DNA of 64,000 nucleotides from the NCBI GenBank assembly GCA_035292445.1, contig DATDQB010000023.1:153533-217532 (forward strand), written 5' to 3'. This stretch comes from Candidatus Omnitrophota bacterium. Its GTDB lineage: Bacteria > Omnitrophota > Gorgyraeia > Zapsychrales > Zapsychraceae. Every line of letters starts with the position of its first letter. Position 1 is the stretch's first letter. This document shows positions 1 through 9,417 of this stretch, in pieces. The position numbers and the translations under genes are program-made. Below the pieces are notes generated by a model, which made no database searches, had not been told where the DNA came from, and saw only the letters and a list, made by a program, of their open reading frames with translations.

Positions 1-1
1 C

Positions 2-1042
2 AACCCTTCTTTCGAAGGCGGCATCAGCTCATTGGCAAATTCCATCAAGCTTCAGGCCGTTACTATTTTCCACATTTTCAGCCACTACCTGGAGGTGTTT
101 CTTTTTCCTTTTCTGGTCAAGCAATTGCCGCCTTTGTATGAGCCCCCCATTGAGGCGCTCTGGGGCGTTAAAACGTGGCTATCACTGGGGGTTTTCTTTG
201 GGTTCATCTTTTGCGTTTTCCAAGCGTATAAACGCGACAGGAAGTTATCATTTTTTCTTTTATGGTTTCTGATCTGTTTTATTCCTGTTTCCAACATTAT
301 TGTGATTGCTAACCCGATGGCGTACCGGTTCATGTATTTGCCTTCTATCGGTTTGTCAGCGGCGTTGGTTATTTTATGCGTTAAGCTCAAGGACAGGGTC
401 GCTTTCTTTAAGATATATCATCGGGTTCCCAAGATGATCGCCACAGGCTATATTGTTTTATGCGTGATCCTGACGGTCTTGCTTAATTTCAACTGGCGGG
501 ACAATACCATGATGGCCTTCGCGATGGTCAAGGATTTTCCCGATTATCCCATCACCAATTTACATGCCGGCATGGAGTATCTTAATGCGGGCATGACGGA
601 AGAAGCCAAAAAGCTGGTTCACAAAAGCGTCAAATTGGGAGTACAAGATCCCAGGGGTTATTATCTGATGGGCTTGTTAAGCAATGATTTGAATACGGCC
701 CAGGCATATCTTGAAGAGAGCGTCCGGGCTTTCCCGACGTATTCGGATTCCTACCTTGTTTTGGGCAGGATCCATTTGATCAAGAAGGAATTCCCGCAGG
801 CCAGGCATTATTTAGACAAAAGCATCCAATTGGCGCCTCGATGGATCGCCTTTGCGTATTTGATTCATATGCATTTGCTTGAGAAAGAGCACATTCAGGC
901 ACAAGAGCTGATGGAGAGGGCCGAAGAGCTGCTGGCACCGGCAGAGTACGAGCAACTAAGGCGTGCTTATTCTTTGTTGCAGAAAGATCCGAACGATCTT
1001 CCTGTTGAATTTCCCGATATATCAAGTTTTGTATCGCATTAA
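2..1042 (+). CDS. C-terminal portion of a TMTC/PMT_2-like polytopic membrane protein with TPR repeats (5' end upstream of window)
   Basis: Reading frame is open to the window start. Hydrophobic helices are followed by TPR-like repeats (YYLMGLL..., SYLVLGRI...). It is paralogous to the N-terminal fragment at 63250-64000. Confidence 0.6.
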   Translation, partial: NPSFEGGISSLANSIKLQAVTIFHIFSHYLEVFLFPFLVKQLPPLYEPPIEALWGVKTWLSLGVFFGFIFCVFQAYKRDRKLSFFLLWFLICFIPVSNIIVIANPMAYRFMYLPSIGLSAALVILCVKLKDRVAFFKIYHRVPKMIATGYIVLCVILTVLLNFNWRDNTMMAFAMVKDFPDYPITNLHAGMEYLNAGMTEEAKKLVHKSVKLGVQDPRGYYLMGLLSNDLNTAQAYLEESVRAFPTYSDSYLVLGRIHLIKKEFPQARHYLDKSIQLAPRWIAFAYLIHMHLLEKEHIQAQELMERAEELLAPAEYEQLRRAYSLLQKDPNDLPVEFPDISSFVSH

Positions 1043-1083
1043 ACGGAGTTTATTTTGTTGATGGGGTATAAAAGGAGTGAGTT

Positions 1084-1503
1084 ATGAGAACATATCGCGA
1101 AGAATTATGGTTTAATACAAAAAATCGCAGGGATTATATTAATATCACGCCGCAAGTCCAAAAGGCGATCGATAAAAGCGGCATTAAAGAGGGCTTATGC
1201 CTGGTCAATGCCATGCATATCTCCGCTAGCGTGTATATTAACGATGATGAACCGGGTTTGTTGCATGATTATGATCAGTGGCTGGAGAAACTGGCCCCGC
1301 ATGAGCCCGTTTCCCAATATCAACATAATGATACCGGTGAGGATAATGCGGACGCGCATTTAAAAAGGCAGGTCATGGGCCGGGAAGTGGTCGTCGCCGT
1401 CACCAGCGGTAAATTGGATTTCGGGCCGTGGGAACAAATTTTTTACGGCGAATTTGATGGGCGGCGTAAAAAACGCGTCCTTATTAAAATCATAGGAGAA
1501 TAA
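1084..1503 (+). CDS. YjbQ/UPF0047 family protein (secondary thiamine-phosphate synthase-like)
   Basis: Size is 139 aa. The translation ([52 protein letters not shown]) is typical of the YjbQ fold. An RBS, GGAGTGAG, lies upstream. Confidence 0.7.
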   Translation: MRTYREELWFNTKNRRDYINITPQVQKAIDKSGIKEGLCLVNAMHISASVYINDDEPGLLHDYDQWLEKLAPHEPVSQYQHNDTGEDNADAHLKRQVMGREVVVAVTSGKLDFGPWEQIFYGEFDGRRKKRVLIKIIGE

Positions 1504-1505
1504 CC

Positions 1506-2408
1506 ATGAGCTTAATGGTCCTGGGAACGGTGGCACTCGATAATATCAAGACCCATTTGGGCCTTCGGAGGGATTTGTTGGGCGGCTCGGCCTGCCATTT
1601 TGCCATGAGCGCGCATTTATTTACCAAAGTGCATATGGTGGGCATCATCGGGCACGATTTTCCCAAGCGGCATATTGATTTTCTGGAAAAGAAGGGGATC
1701 GACCTCACTTCCGTGATCGCGCAGGAGGGGCCTTCGTTTCGTTGGCACGGGGAATACCGCAAGGGCGACTATAATAACGCCATCACATTGGCGACGGAAT
1801 TGGGAGTCCTTCTTAATTATGTGCCCCAGGTCGCGGCCCATCAGCGCAACATTCCTAACGTCTTTCTGGCCAATATCGATCCCGATGTGCAGATGCAGCT
1901 TTTGAAATTCATGGTCAAGCCCCAGATCATCGGTCTGGACAGCATGAACCTATGGATCCATAATAAGAGAAATTCTTTAAAAAAATTAATGAAGAAAGTA
2001 AATTTGTTCGTAGCCAATGATAAAGAGGCGTGCGATCTGTCGGAAGAGCACAACCTGATCAAAGCCGCCAAATCATTGCGCCGCATGGGGCCTGAGTTTA
2101 TCGTTGTTAAAAAAGGAGAACACGGCGTGTTTTTTTACTGCGACAAGTTCATGTTCTCTTTTCCGGCATATCCGGTCGAGCATGTGGTCGATCCCACGGG
2201 GGCCGGGGACACTTTTGCCGGGGGCCTTATGGGCTATTTGACCAAAGCCGGAAAGGTCAATGAGAAGAATTTGAAAAAGGCCCTTTTGTACGCAACAACG
2301 ATGGCTTCCTTTAATGTCGAGGGTTTTGGCATGGAAGTCACCTCCCGCTTAACGATGGATAAAGTCAATCGGCGGATGAAAGAACTGGTTAAATTCGTGA
2401 CGATATGA
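1506..2408 (+). CDS. PfkB-family carbohydrate/nucleoside kinase
   Basis: Ribokinase-family GAGD anion-hole motif (DPTGAGDTFAGG) near the C-terminus. Size is 300 aa. The stop overlaps the era start (ATGA). Confidence 0.75.
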   Translation: MSLMVLGTVALDNIKTHLGLRRDLLGGSACHFAMSAHLFTKVHMVGIIGHDFPKRHIDFLEKKGIDLTSVIAQEGPSFRWHGEYRKGDYNNAITLATELGVLLNYVPQVAAHQRNIPNVFLANIDPDVQMQLLKFMVKPQIIGLDSMNLWIHNKRNSLKKLMKKVNLFVANDKEACDLSEEHNLIKAAKSLRRMGPEFIVVKKGEHGVFFYCDKFMFSFPAYPVEHVVDPTGAGDTFAGGLMGYLTKAGKVNEKNLKKALLYATTMASFNVEGFGMEVTSRLTMDKVNRRMKELVKFVTI

Positions 2409-3334
2409 GCGAAAATAAAAAAGATAACGACAATTTTAAAAGTGGCATCGTAACGATCATCGGCCGGCCCAATGTCGGCAAGTCCACCTTGTTAAACCGC
2501 ATCTTAAACACCAAGGTGGCGATCGTTTCTCAGGTGCCGCAGACGACACGCAATCAGATCCGCGGTATCTACAATGACGCGCGGGGCCAAATTGTTTTTA
2601 TCGACACCCCCGGCATCCATTTCGGCCGGGACAATTTGGATAAGCTGATGAACGAATCCTCCCGGATGACGATCGATGATGCCGATTGCATAATTTATTT
2701 GGCGGACGTTTCCCGTCGCACGGGAGAGGAGGAGAAGGCAGTGGTGGAGCGGTTGAAAAATGTCAAGGGGCACATCATCATGGGGCTCAATAAAGTTGAT
2801 CTGGGAGCCAGCCGCATCCCGGAGTACATTTCTTTATGGGAGAATACCAAAGGCTGCAGCGTCAATGAATTGAAAAATTTTACGCTTCTTCCCTTGGCCG
2901 GGGAGCGTGGAACGAACGTGGATAAACTGATCGACATCATTTTTGATCTGTTGCCGATGGGGCCGGCGCTTTATCCGCCGGATATGGTGACGGATCTGCC
3001 GCAGCGGATCGCGATTGCCGAGATCATCCGCGAGAAATTATTCATGCTCATGCGGGAGGAAGTGCCGCATTCCATAGGGGTCGTGGTCGAGGCCATGCAA
3101 GCGAAGAAAAACATCATCCATATTAAAGCGCTCATTTACGTTGAGCGTGAAGCTCATAAGGAAATCGTGATCGGAAAAGGCGGGCAGGTCTTGAAGACGG
3201 TCGGCACGCAGGCCCGGGAAGAGTTGGAACGCCTTTTGCAATCAAAGATTTTTCTCGAGTTGACGGTAAAAACCAAAGAGAGCTGGCGGGATGATCTGTC
3301 CATATTGGCGGAGTTAGGGTATACCCATTCCTGA
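2405..3334 (+). CDS. era: GTPase Era
   Basis: G1 GRPNVGKST, G3 DTPG and G4 NKVD motifs, with a C-terminal KH domain. Size is 309 aa. Confidence 0.9.
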   Translation: MSENKKDNDNFKSGIVTIIGRPNVGKSTLLNRILNTKVAIVSQVPQTTRNQIRGIYNDARGQIVFIDTPGIHFGRDNLDKLMNESSRMTIDDADCIIYLADVSRRTGEEEKAVVERLKNVKGHIIMGLNKVDLGASRIPEYISLWENTKGCSVNELKNFTLLPLAGERGTNVDKLIDIIFDLLPMGPALYPPDMVTDLPQRIAIAEIIREKLFMLMREEVPHSIGVVVEAMQAKKNIIHIKALIYVEREAHKEIVIGKGGQVLKTVGTQAREELERLLQSKIFLELTVKTKESWRDDLSILAELGYTHS

Positions 3335-3339
3335 GTTTA

Positions 3340-4092
3340 ATGAAGACAACACGTTATTTTTTGATCATCGCAGTTTTTTTCATCCTATCCCTAAGCCTTC
3401 AAGCTCAGGAAAGCCCGCATGTCGTCGTCTTTCACAAAAACCAAGAACAGGTTGTTTATTACGATCTTTACATTCCTCCCTCAAGCGAAAAGGAGAAGAT
3501 GCCCGTTCTGGTTTGCACGGGCGGGCTTCCTATTATTGACGGCCGATATGTTCACTCGGACACAAAAGAATGCAGCGGCAAAGAGTGGACGGATTTTGCC
3601 GATCGAAACAAGATCGCTATTTTGGGGCTGGGATTTCTCTTTAAAGAAGAAGACTGGAAGGACCAAACCAGCTACCAATTCCCCAAAGCCTGGTCGGGCA
3701 GGGCATTAAATCAAGTTTTGAATAAACTCGTAAAGGATCATCCCATAGATAATGACCAATTATATATGTTTGGGATTTCCGCCGGAGCGCAATATTCTAC
3801 GCGATTCGGCTTGTTAAACCCTAAGCGTGTCAAGGCGGTTGCTTCCCATGCGGCGGGCGGTTATGATGCGCCGCAACGCCATGTCCCTGTCAAATTCCTT
3901 CTAACGGTTGGCGAGCTGGATAACGATGAGATCTCGCGGGTCGAATGGGCCAAATATTTTATGGAAAAAGCCGGGGAAAAAGGCATTGATGTGCGCTTGG
4001 AAATTATCTCCGGTATCGCGCACCGGCAGACGCAAGGGCAGAACGAAATGTCGCGGCAGTTTTTTGAAGGCGTTCTTAAAGAGAATCGCTAG
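3340..4092 (+). CDS. Secreted alpha/beta-hydrolase (esterase/depolymerase-like)
   Basis: N-terminal signal peptide. GxSxG nucleophile elbow (GISAGAQYS). Confidence 0.55.
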   Translation: MKTTRYFLIIAVFFILSLSLQAQESPHVVVFHKNQEQVVYYDLYIPPSSEKEKMPVLVCTGGLPIIDGRYVHSDTKECSGKEWTDFADRNKIAILGLGFLFKEEDWKDQTSYQFPKAWSGRALNQVLNKLVKDHPIDNDQLYMFGISAGAQYSTRFGLLNPKRVKAVASHAAGGYDAPQRHVPVKFLLTVGELDNDEISRVEWAKYFMEKAGEKGIDVRLEIISGIAHRQTQGQNEMSRQFFEGVLKENR

Positions 4093-4900
4093 AGGCGTTC
4101 TTTTTTTCTTCCAATTCAAGAAGGATATCGGTGCAGGGGCTGTCGCCTTTTTCTTTGGCGCCGAATTCCTCCGATGCTTTGGCGTATGCGCGTTCAAACC
4201 CCAGTTCTTTCAGTTTTTGATTCGCTTCTTTTTCAAGCTCGCAGGGATGTGCTTGGCCTTCGTTCTTCAAATGTTCCAGCAGCCGGTGCATGATCTCATG
4301 CAGGACGATGCCTTCGATGGCTTCTGAAGAGGTAGCATCATTTAAGCCGTCGCCCAAACGGATAATATAGAAGCCGTTCTCAAAAGTCGTCGGCGGGTCG
4401 GTCTCGCGCATGGTAAATTCCAGCGAGCCGGCGTATCGGGCAATGCCTCCGGTGTAGTAATCGATGAAAAGGATGGGCCGCCGGCGGTCGGTAACGGTCA
4501 AATATATGTCCAGGGGGAGTTTTTGTAAGGCATTGAGCAGCGCTTCCCGCACTTTGGGATAACTAAAAAGAAGGTTGCCGCTGGCGAACTCGCTTAAATA
4601 TTGTTTGGCCATTTCCTCGCGGTCGTTGGTCTGCCAGCGGACGACATTATTATTCTCTAGATAAAAAGTAATGGCGGCAGTTTTTTTATCTGTCTTATCC
4701 TGATATTCGAAGGTGATCGATTCGCTGTTATCAAGCGATTGGTAGGAGCGCAGGTTTTCTTCGCCGAATTTTCTTATGAGTTCTTCGCGGGAATCTTTTT
4801 CGAACCCCTTGCTTACACCGAGCGTTTTAGCGTTCGCGGGAATGGCGAGGATGCAAAGAAACAGGATAAAGATTGTATATTTGATCAAATTTGCGTTCAT
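4076..4900 (-). CDS. Secreted hypothetical protein with HExxH zinc-metallopeptidase-like motif
   Basis: Signal peptide (MNANLIKYTIFILFLCILAIPANA). The HEIMH motif is followed by E/K-rich helices. It is convergent with, and overlaps, the esterase gene by 17 nt. Confidence 0.4.
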   Translation of the reverse strand: MNANLIKYTIFILFLCILAIPANAKTLGVSKGFEKDSREELIRKFGEENLRSYQSLDNSESITFEYQDKTDKKTAAITFYLENNNVVRWQTNDREEMAKQYLSEFASGNLLFSYPKVREALLNALQKLPLDIYLTVTDRRRPILFIDYYTGGIARYAGSLEFTMRETDPPTTFENGFYIIRLGDGLNDATSSEAIEGIVLHEIMHRLLEHLKNEGQAHPCELEKEANQKLKELGFERAYAKASEEFGAKEKGDSPCTDILLELEEKKNASSDSL

Positions 4901-4949
4901 GGTATGTTGGGTTTATTATACAAGAAGAGCGGTTATTTAAGAGAAGAAA

Positions 4950-5618
4950 ATGAAACAAAACTCCGTTACCGTAAAACAGATCCAAAGACTGGATCGGTTG
5001 GCTATTGAAAGCTACGGCGTGCCTTCCTTAATATTAATGGAAAATGCGGGAAGGGCGCTGGCACAAGAAGTTTCAAAAACATTAAAGAACAAAAGAAGAG
5101 TCTGTGTTATTTGTGGGATCGGCAATAATGCGGGTGATGGATTTGTTGGCGCGCGGCATCTTATTAATGCCGGCAAAAAGGTAGATATTATTTTGATTGG
5201 CAAGGGAAGTAAGCTTAAAGAAGATGCGTTTGTTAATTATTCGATCTTAAAGAAGCTTAAATATCCCATCCAAGAAGTTTCTCAAGCGCGAAGCTTCGTT
5301 GTCAGGAAAATCAAAGCGGCCGATATTATTGTGGATGCTATTTTTGGCGTGGGGTTAAACAGGGAAGTGGCGGAGCCTTTTAAGAGTTTTATCGAAGCGA
5401 TCAACACCCATGCCAGAAAAATCATTGCCGTGGATATTCCTTCGGGATTGGATGGAACGAGCGGGAAAAAATACGGCGTTTGCATCCGCGCCAACAAAAC
5501 CGTCACGTTTACGTTCATGAAGAAAGGCTTCTTGGTCAACGAAGGGCCGAAGCATGCGGGGAAAATTATCGTCGTTGACATCGGCATTCCCAAAAGGCTT
5601 CGGGACAGGCTCAAATGA
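4950..5618 (+). CDS. NAD(P)H-hydrate epimerase (YjeF N-terminal domain protein)
   Basis: YjeF_N signature: LMENAGRA...VCVICGIGNNAGDGFVGARHL. Size is 222 aa. Confidence 0.75.
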   Translation: MKQNSVTVKQIQRLDRLAIESYGVPSLILMENAGRALAQEVSKTLKNKRRVCVICGIGNNAGDGFVGARHLINAGKKVDIILIGKGSKLKEDAFVNYSILKKLKYPIQEVSQARSFVVRKIKAADIIVDAIFGVGLNREVAEPFKSFIEAINTHARKIIAVDIPSGLDGTSGKKYGVCIRANKTVTFTFMKKGFLVNEGPKHAGKIIVVDIGIPKRLRDRLK

Positions 5619-6277
5619 GCGTTAATAATAAAAATATCGATAAAGTCATAACAGTTTTGAAAAAAGAACTGAAAGGTTTGCCGGACCCGGCGGTCACGTT
5701 GGTCGGTAAAAAGTGGAAGAATCCGTTTCTTGTGCTGATATCGTGCCTTTTAAGTTTAAGGACGAAAGATGAAACGACCCTTCCGGCTTCGATGCGGCTG
5801 TTTGCTTTGGCCGACACGCCCCTTCGCATGGTCCAATTGGCCCCCAAAGAGATCGAAAAGGCCATTTATCCCGTCGGATTTTATCGCACCAAGGCACGCA
5901 CCATTCTCAATATTTGTCGCGAGTTGCTGGATCATTATGACGGCAAAGTGCCGGATGATCTGGACACATTATTGACGTTTAAAGGGGTGGGGCGAAAGAC
6001 GGCTAACTTGGTTTTAACCGAAGGTTTCGGTAAGCTTGGCGTTTGCGTCGATACGCACGTGCATCGCATTTCCAACCGTTTTGGTTATGTGCGCACCAAG
6101 GCGCCGGAGGAAACGGAAAGGGCTTTAAGAGCAAAGCTTCCCAAGAAATATTGGATCGAATATAACGCTTTGCTGGTCAGCTGGGGGCAGAATGTTTGCA
6201 AGCCCGTTTCGCCACTATGCTCTGGGTGTGCGCTCATTAAATTTTGTCAACGACGAGGGGTAAGCGTTAGTCGATAA
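5615..6277 (+). CDS. nth: Endonuclease III (DNA glycosylase/AP lyase)
   Basis: HhH-GPD motif (GVGRKTANLVL). C-terminal 4Fe-4S cluster loop C-x6-C-x2-C-x5-C (CKPVSPLCSGCALIKFC). The start overlaps the upstream stop. Confidence 0.85.
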   Translation: MSVNNKNIDKVITVLKKELKGLPDPAVTLVGKKWKNPFLVLISCLLSLRTKDETTLPASMRLFALADTPLRMVQLAPKEIEKAIYPVGFYRTKARTILNICRELLDHYDGKVPDDLDTLLTFKGVGRKTANLVLTEGFGKLGVCVDTHVHRISNRFGYVRTKAPEETERALRAKLPKKYWIEYNALLVSWGQNVCKPVSPLCSGCALIKFCQRRGVSVSR

Positions 6278-6303
6278 ATATCTTAAAGAGGACGGCAAAT
6301 TTC

Positions 6304-6337
6304 TTGACAAGATGAAATTGCTATGTTAAAAGATTTA
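6304..6337 (+). promoter_or_regulatory. Putative sigma70 promoter (TTGACA-17-TAAAAG) for the ATP-grasp/KamA operon
   Basis: The -35 element is TTGACA at 6304-6309. The -10 element is TAAAAG after a 17-nt spacer. Structured elements in the leader follow downstream. Confidence 0.35.
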
Positions 6338-6431
6338 CGAAAATAGAAAAATAAATCCATGAAAAATAATTAGAGAAGTCGGGGGCCTTGCAAGGATCTT
6401 TTTGAAGGGTTCCCTTTTTTGTGAACATTAA

Positions 6432-7481
6432 GTGAATATGAAAAAAGTCATTGGATTAACGTACAATTTAAAAACGGATTGGAAAGTCGGCGAGGGGGAT
6501 CCTAAAGACGCCAGTGCCGAATTCGACAAACCTGAAACCATTGATCGTGTGGTTAGAGTATTAGAGAAGGCAGGATTTGTGGTTAAGCGAATAGGGGATG
6601 TCGATGCTCTTTTGAAACAGCTGGATAAACTGGATGTGGATCTCGTTTTTAATCTCTGCGAGGGCAAAAAGGGCCGCAATCGCGAAGCAGAGGTGCCGGT
6701 ACTATTGGAGATGAAAGGCGTTCCTTTCGTGGGCTCCGATGGGTTGACGATGGGGATCACCCTCGATAAAGTCGTTGCCAAACAGGTTTTTATCGCCGAA
6801 GGCATCCCAACGCCAAAATATTTCGTGGTAAATGATGGCGATGACGCGCAGAAGCTTAATAAGATCGGTTTTCCTCTGATTGTTAAAACGAGCCGCGAAG
6901 GTTCTTCCAAAGGGATTTCCAAAGACTCGAAAGTCACTGACCTTGAATCGCTCAAGAAACGCGCCCAGTTTATAAATGAAACATACGATCAGCCGGCCTT
7001 GGTTGAGGAATTTATCCGCGGCATGGAATGTACGGTCGCGGTGATCGGGAACAATCCGCCCCAAGTGATGCCGATCGTGCAGACCACCATCGATGGTAAG
7101 TTTCAATTGGGTGAGGAGTTTTATACCAATGCAAGAATTTATTCCGACGCGATTAAATATGTTTGCCCCGCCAGGTTTTCCGATCGATTAATAAAAAGAA
7201 TAGAAGATATCGCGGCTCGCGCCTACAAAGCAGTGGGTTGCCGCGATTTTGCGCGCATCGATTTTCGTATCGACGAGAAAGAGAACCCTTATGTGTTGGA
7301 GATCAACCCGCTTCCCAGCCTGGATTACGAAGATGCGTTTAATATTTTCCCTCAAGTGATCGGCTCAAGTTACGATGAAATGATCGTAAAAATAATTAAT
7401 TTTGCATTGGAACGATACGGCTTGTTGGGGTATGATAAATCACATAAGGAAAAGTTGTTGGGTTCTGCCGTTAACCTTTAA
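6432..7481 (+). CDS. ATP-grasp ligase of the D-alanine--D-alanine ligase family
   Basis: Ddl-like motifs: REGSSKGI, EEFIRGMECTVAVIG and DFARIDFRIDEKENPYVLEINPLPSL. An RBS is upstream. Confidence 0.65.
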   Translation: MNMKKVIGLTYNLKTDWKVGEGDPKDASAEFDKPETIDRVVRVLEKAGFVVKRIGDVDALLKQLDKLDVDLVFNLCEGKKGRNREAEVPVLLEMKGVPFVGSDGLTMGITLDKVVAKQVFIAEGIPTPKYFVVNDGDDAQKLNKIGFPLIVKTSREGSSKGISKDSKVTDLESLKKRAQFINETYDQPALVEEFIRGMECTVAVIGNNPPQVMPIVQTTIDGKFQLGEEFYTNARIYSDAIKYVCPARFSDRLIKRIEDIAARAYKAVGCRDFARIDFRIDEKENPYVLEINPLPSLDYEDAFNIFPQVIGSSYDEMIVKIINFALERYGLLGYDKSHKEKLLGSAVNL

Positions 7482-7501
7482 CCTTTGTAAGGAGGATGTG
7501 A

Positions 7502-8680
7502 TTGAATAACCCTGTTGATGTAGATGCGCAACATAAACAAGCCATTAAGCCCGCCATTAAGTTAACTCCCAAAGAAAACAAAGTAATGAATTTTTTTGAT
7601 GACGCTACCCCTATCGATTGGGAAGATTGGCGCTGGCAGTTGCGCAATCGCATGCGTACCAAAGAAGCGTTGGAGAAATTTGTCGATTTGACACCTGAAG
7701 AGATTAAAGGTATTGAGGGCTGCGGCGATAAGCTTACCATGTCCATTCCGCCATATTTTGCGAGCTTGATCGACCCCAATAATCCTAAATGCCCGATCCG
7801 TTTACAATCTATTCCTCAACAATATGAGCTTGAAGACGCCCCCGAGGAAATGCTTGATCCCTGCGGGGAAGACGCCAATTCCCCGGTCCACGGGCTGGTG
7901 CACCGTTATCCGGACAGGGTTTTATTTCTGGTTAATGAAATGTGCGCCATGTATTGCCGTTATTGCACGCGCTCAAGAATGGTCGGTGATGGGGAGCGCA
8001 CGTTAAGTTTAAAAACATACGAGGCCGCTTTTGAGTATATCCGTAAGACCAAACAGATTCGTGACGTATTAATTTCCGGTGGCGATCCACTGACGTTAAG
8101 CGACCGGGTGCTGGAACATATCATCTCTACTCTTAAAGCTATTCCCCATGTTGAATTTGTCCGTATCGGAACGCGCGTTCCGGTCACCTTACCGCAACGT
8201 ATCACGACAGACTTGGTGACCATGCTCAAGAAATACAGTCCCATTTGGATGAGCATTCATTTTAATCACCCTAAGGAAGTTACCAAACGCGTTAAATTCG
8301 CCTGTGATCTTCTGGCGGACAGCGGTATCCCGATGGGAAGCCAAACTGTTTTACTGCGAGGCGTCAATGATAATGCCGAAACGATGAAAAAATTGATGCA
8401 TGAACTTCTGAAAATCCGCGTGCGCCCTTACTATATTTATCAATGCGACCCCATCAAAGGCTCCAAACACTTCCGCACGCCTGTCTCCGTAGGTATTGAG
8501 ATTATGGAGAAGCTGCGCGGGCACACAACCGGCTATGCCGTGCCGACCTTTGTCATTGACGCCCCGGGCGGCGGCGGCAAAGTCCCCATCGGCCCCAACT
8601 ATATTCTTTCCTATAAGGATGGTAAATGCGTGATCCGCAATTTTGCCGGGAAAGAATATACCTATTACGATCCTAAGTAA
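7502..8680 (+). CDS. KamA-family radical SAM enzyme (lysine 2,3-aminomutase-like)
   Basis: Radical SAM CxxxCxxC (CAMYCRYCTRS). KamA-type conserved blocks (LISGGDPL, YYIYQCDPIKG). TTG start with a strong RBS, AAGGAGGA, 5 nt upstream. Confidence 0.8.
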   Translation: MNNPVDVDAQHKQAIKPAIKLTPKENKVMNFFDDATPIDWEDWRWQLRNRMRTKEALEKFVDLTPEEIKGIEGCGDKLTMSIPPYFASLIDPNNPKCPIRLQSIPQQYELEDAPEEMLDPCGEDANSPVHGLVHRYPDRVLFLVNEMCAMYCRYCTRSRMVGDGERTLSLKTYEAAFEYIRKTKQIRDVLISGGDPLTLSDRVLEHIISTLKAIPHVEFVRIGTRVPVTLPQRITTDLVTMLKKYSPIWMSIHFNHPKEVTKRVKFACDLLADSGIPMGSQTVLLRGVNDNAETMKKLMHELLKIRVRPYYIYQCDPIKGSKHFRTPVSVGIEIMEKLRGHTTGYAVPTFVIDAPGGGGKVPIGPNYILSYKDGKCVIRNFAGKEYTYYDPK

Positions 8681-8733
8681 GTTGTTTTCAGCAACCTCGC
8701 CAGGATTATCCTAACCCTTCTTTTATCAACTAT

Positions 8734-8762
8734 TTGACGATATCTTTCACCCATGTTAAGAT
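8734..8762 (+). promoter_or_regulatory. Putative sigma70 promoter TTGACG-17-TAAGAT upstream of the P-II gene
   Basis: Spacing is canonical. The ORF-track ATG at 8734 falls inside the -35 element, so the P-II start was moved to the GTG at 8794. Confidence 0.4.
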
Positions 8763-8793
8763 AGCCTTGCGTTTTAAGAATGGGGAGGCTGTT

Positions 8794-9096
8794 GTGAAAA
8801 AAATCGAAGCGATTGTCAGGAAAGAAAAGTTTGAAGAAGTTATTAAAGTATTGGAAAAATCCGGCATTGGTGGTGTAACTGTAACGCCGGTAATGGGTTT
8901 TGGACGCCACCGTAACGGCCTTAAAGAAAAGATGAAAATTGATATCTATGCAGATGAATTTCAGGTGGATAAAATCATCGATCTCATCCGGCGCACGGCC
9001 AAAACAGGCTCAACCGGCGACGGCAAAATTGCCATTCTTGAATTAAGTAAACTTTACAGAATCCGAACCGGGGAACAAGGGGCCAGCGCCGTTTAA
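8794..9096 (+). CDS. P-II (GlnB/GlnK) family nitrogen-regulatory protein with a shortened T-loop
   Basis: Aligns to GlnB: VKKIEAIVRKEKFEEVIKVLEKSGIGGVTVTPVMGFGR...IRRTAKTGSTGDGKIAILELSKLYRIRTGE. GTG start with the RBS GGGGAGG. The T-loop is about 12 residues shorter than canonical. Confidence 0.7.
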   Translation: MKKIEAIVRKEKFEEVIKVLEKSGIGGVTVTPVMGFGRHRNGLKEKMKIDIYADEFQVDKIIDLIRRTAKTGSTGDGKIAILELSKLYRIRTGEQGASAV

Positions 9097-9225
9097 GGGG
9101 TGTTTTTAGGAAGAAATTTTCGTTTGTAAAAATTAATTTTACTTTCTTCAAATATATACTATAATAGCATCCTCGTTGGAATTATTATTTAAACTAAGTT
9201 TAATTGTTAAGGTGGTGAGTGTTTC

Positions 9226-9384
9226 ATGATCGAAGTCAAGGTGCAAGACCCGCAAAATTTTGAGAAGGCAATGAGAATCTTCAAGAAGGCCTGTCAAAAA
9301 GACGGCTTTATGATGGAATTAAAGGAAAGACGTTTTTACAGCAAGCCATCAGAGAAAAAGCGAACTAAGGGCAAGAGCAAGTAA
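9226..9384 (+). CDS. rpsU: 30S ribosomal protein S21
   Basis: Translates to MIEVKVQDPQNFEKAMRIFKKACQKDGFMMELKERRFYSKPSEKKRTKGKSK (52 aa). Below the ORF-track size cutoff. RBS GGTGGTGAG is upstream. Confidence 0.85.
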   Translation: MIEVKVQDPQNFEKAMRIFKKACQKDGFMMELKERRFYSKPSEKKRTKGKSK

Positions 9385-9417
9385 GACATTTTCATGTCGG
9401 ATCTCAACTAAGGAGAA

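Noticed and set aside
3908-4327. 139-aa plus-strand ORF spanning the esterase/HExxH-protein junction
   Set aside because: It overlaps two better-supported convergent genes and is low-complexity (K/R/F-rich).
6428-7106. Minus-strand ORFs of 175 and 134 aa opposite the ATP-grasp gene
   Set aside because: They are antisense to a gene with clear Ddl-family motifs and are S/T/P-rich low-complexity translations.
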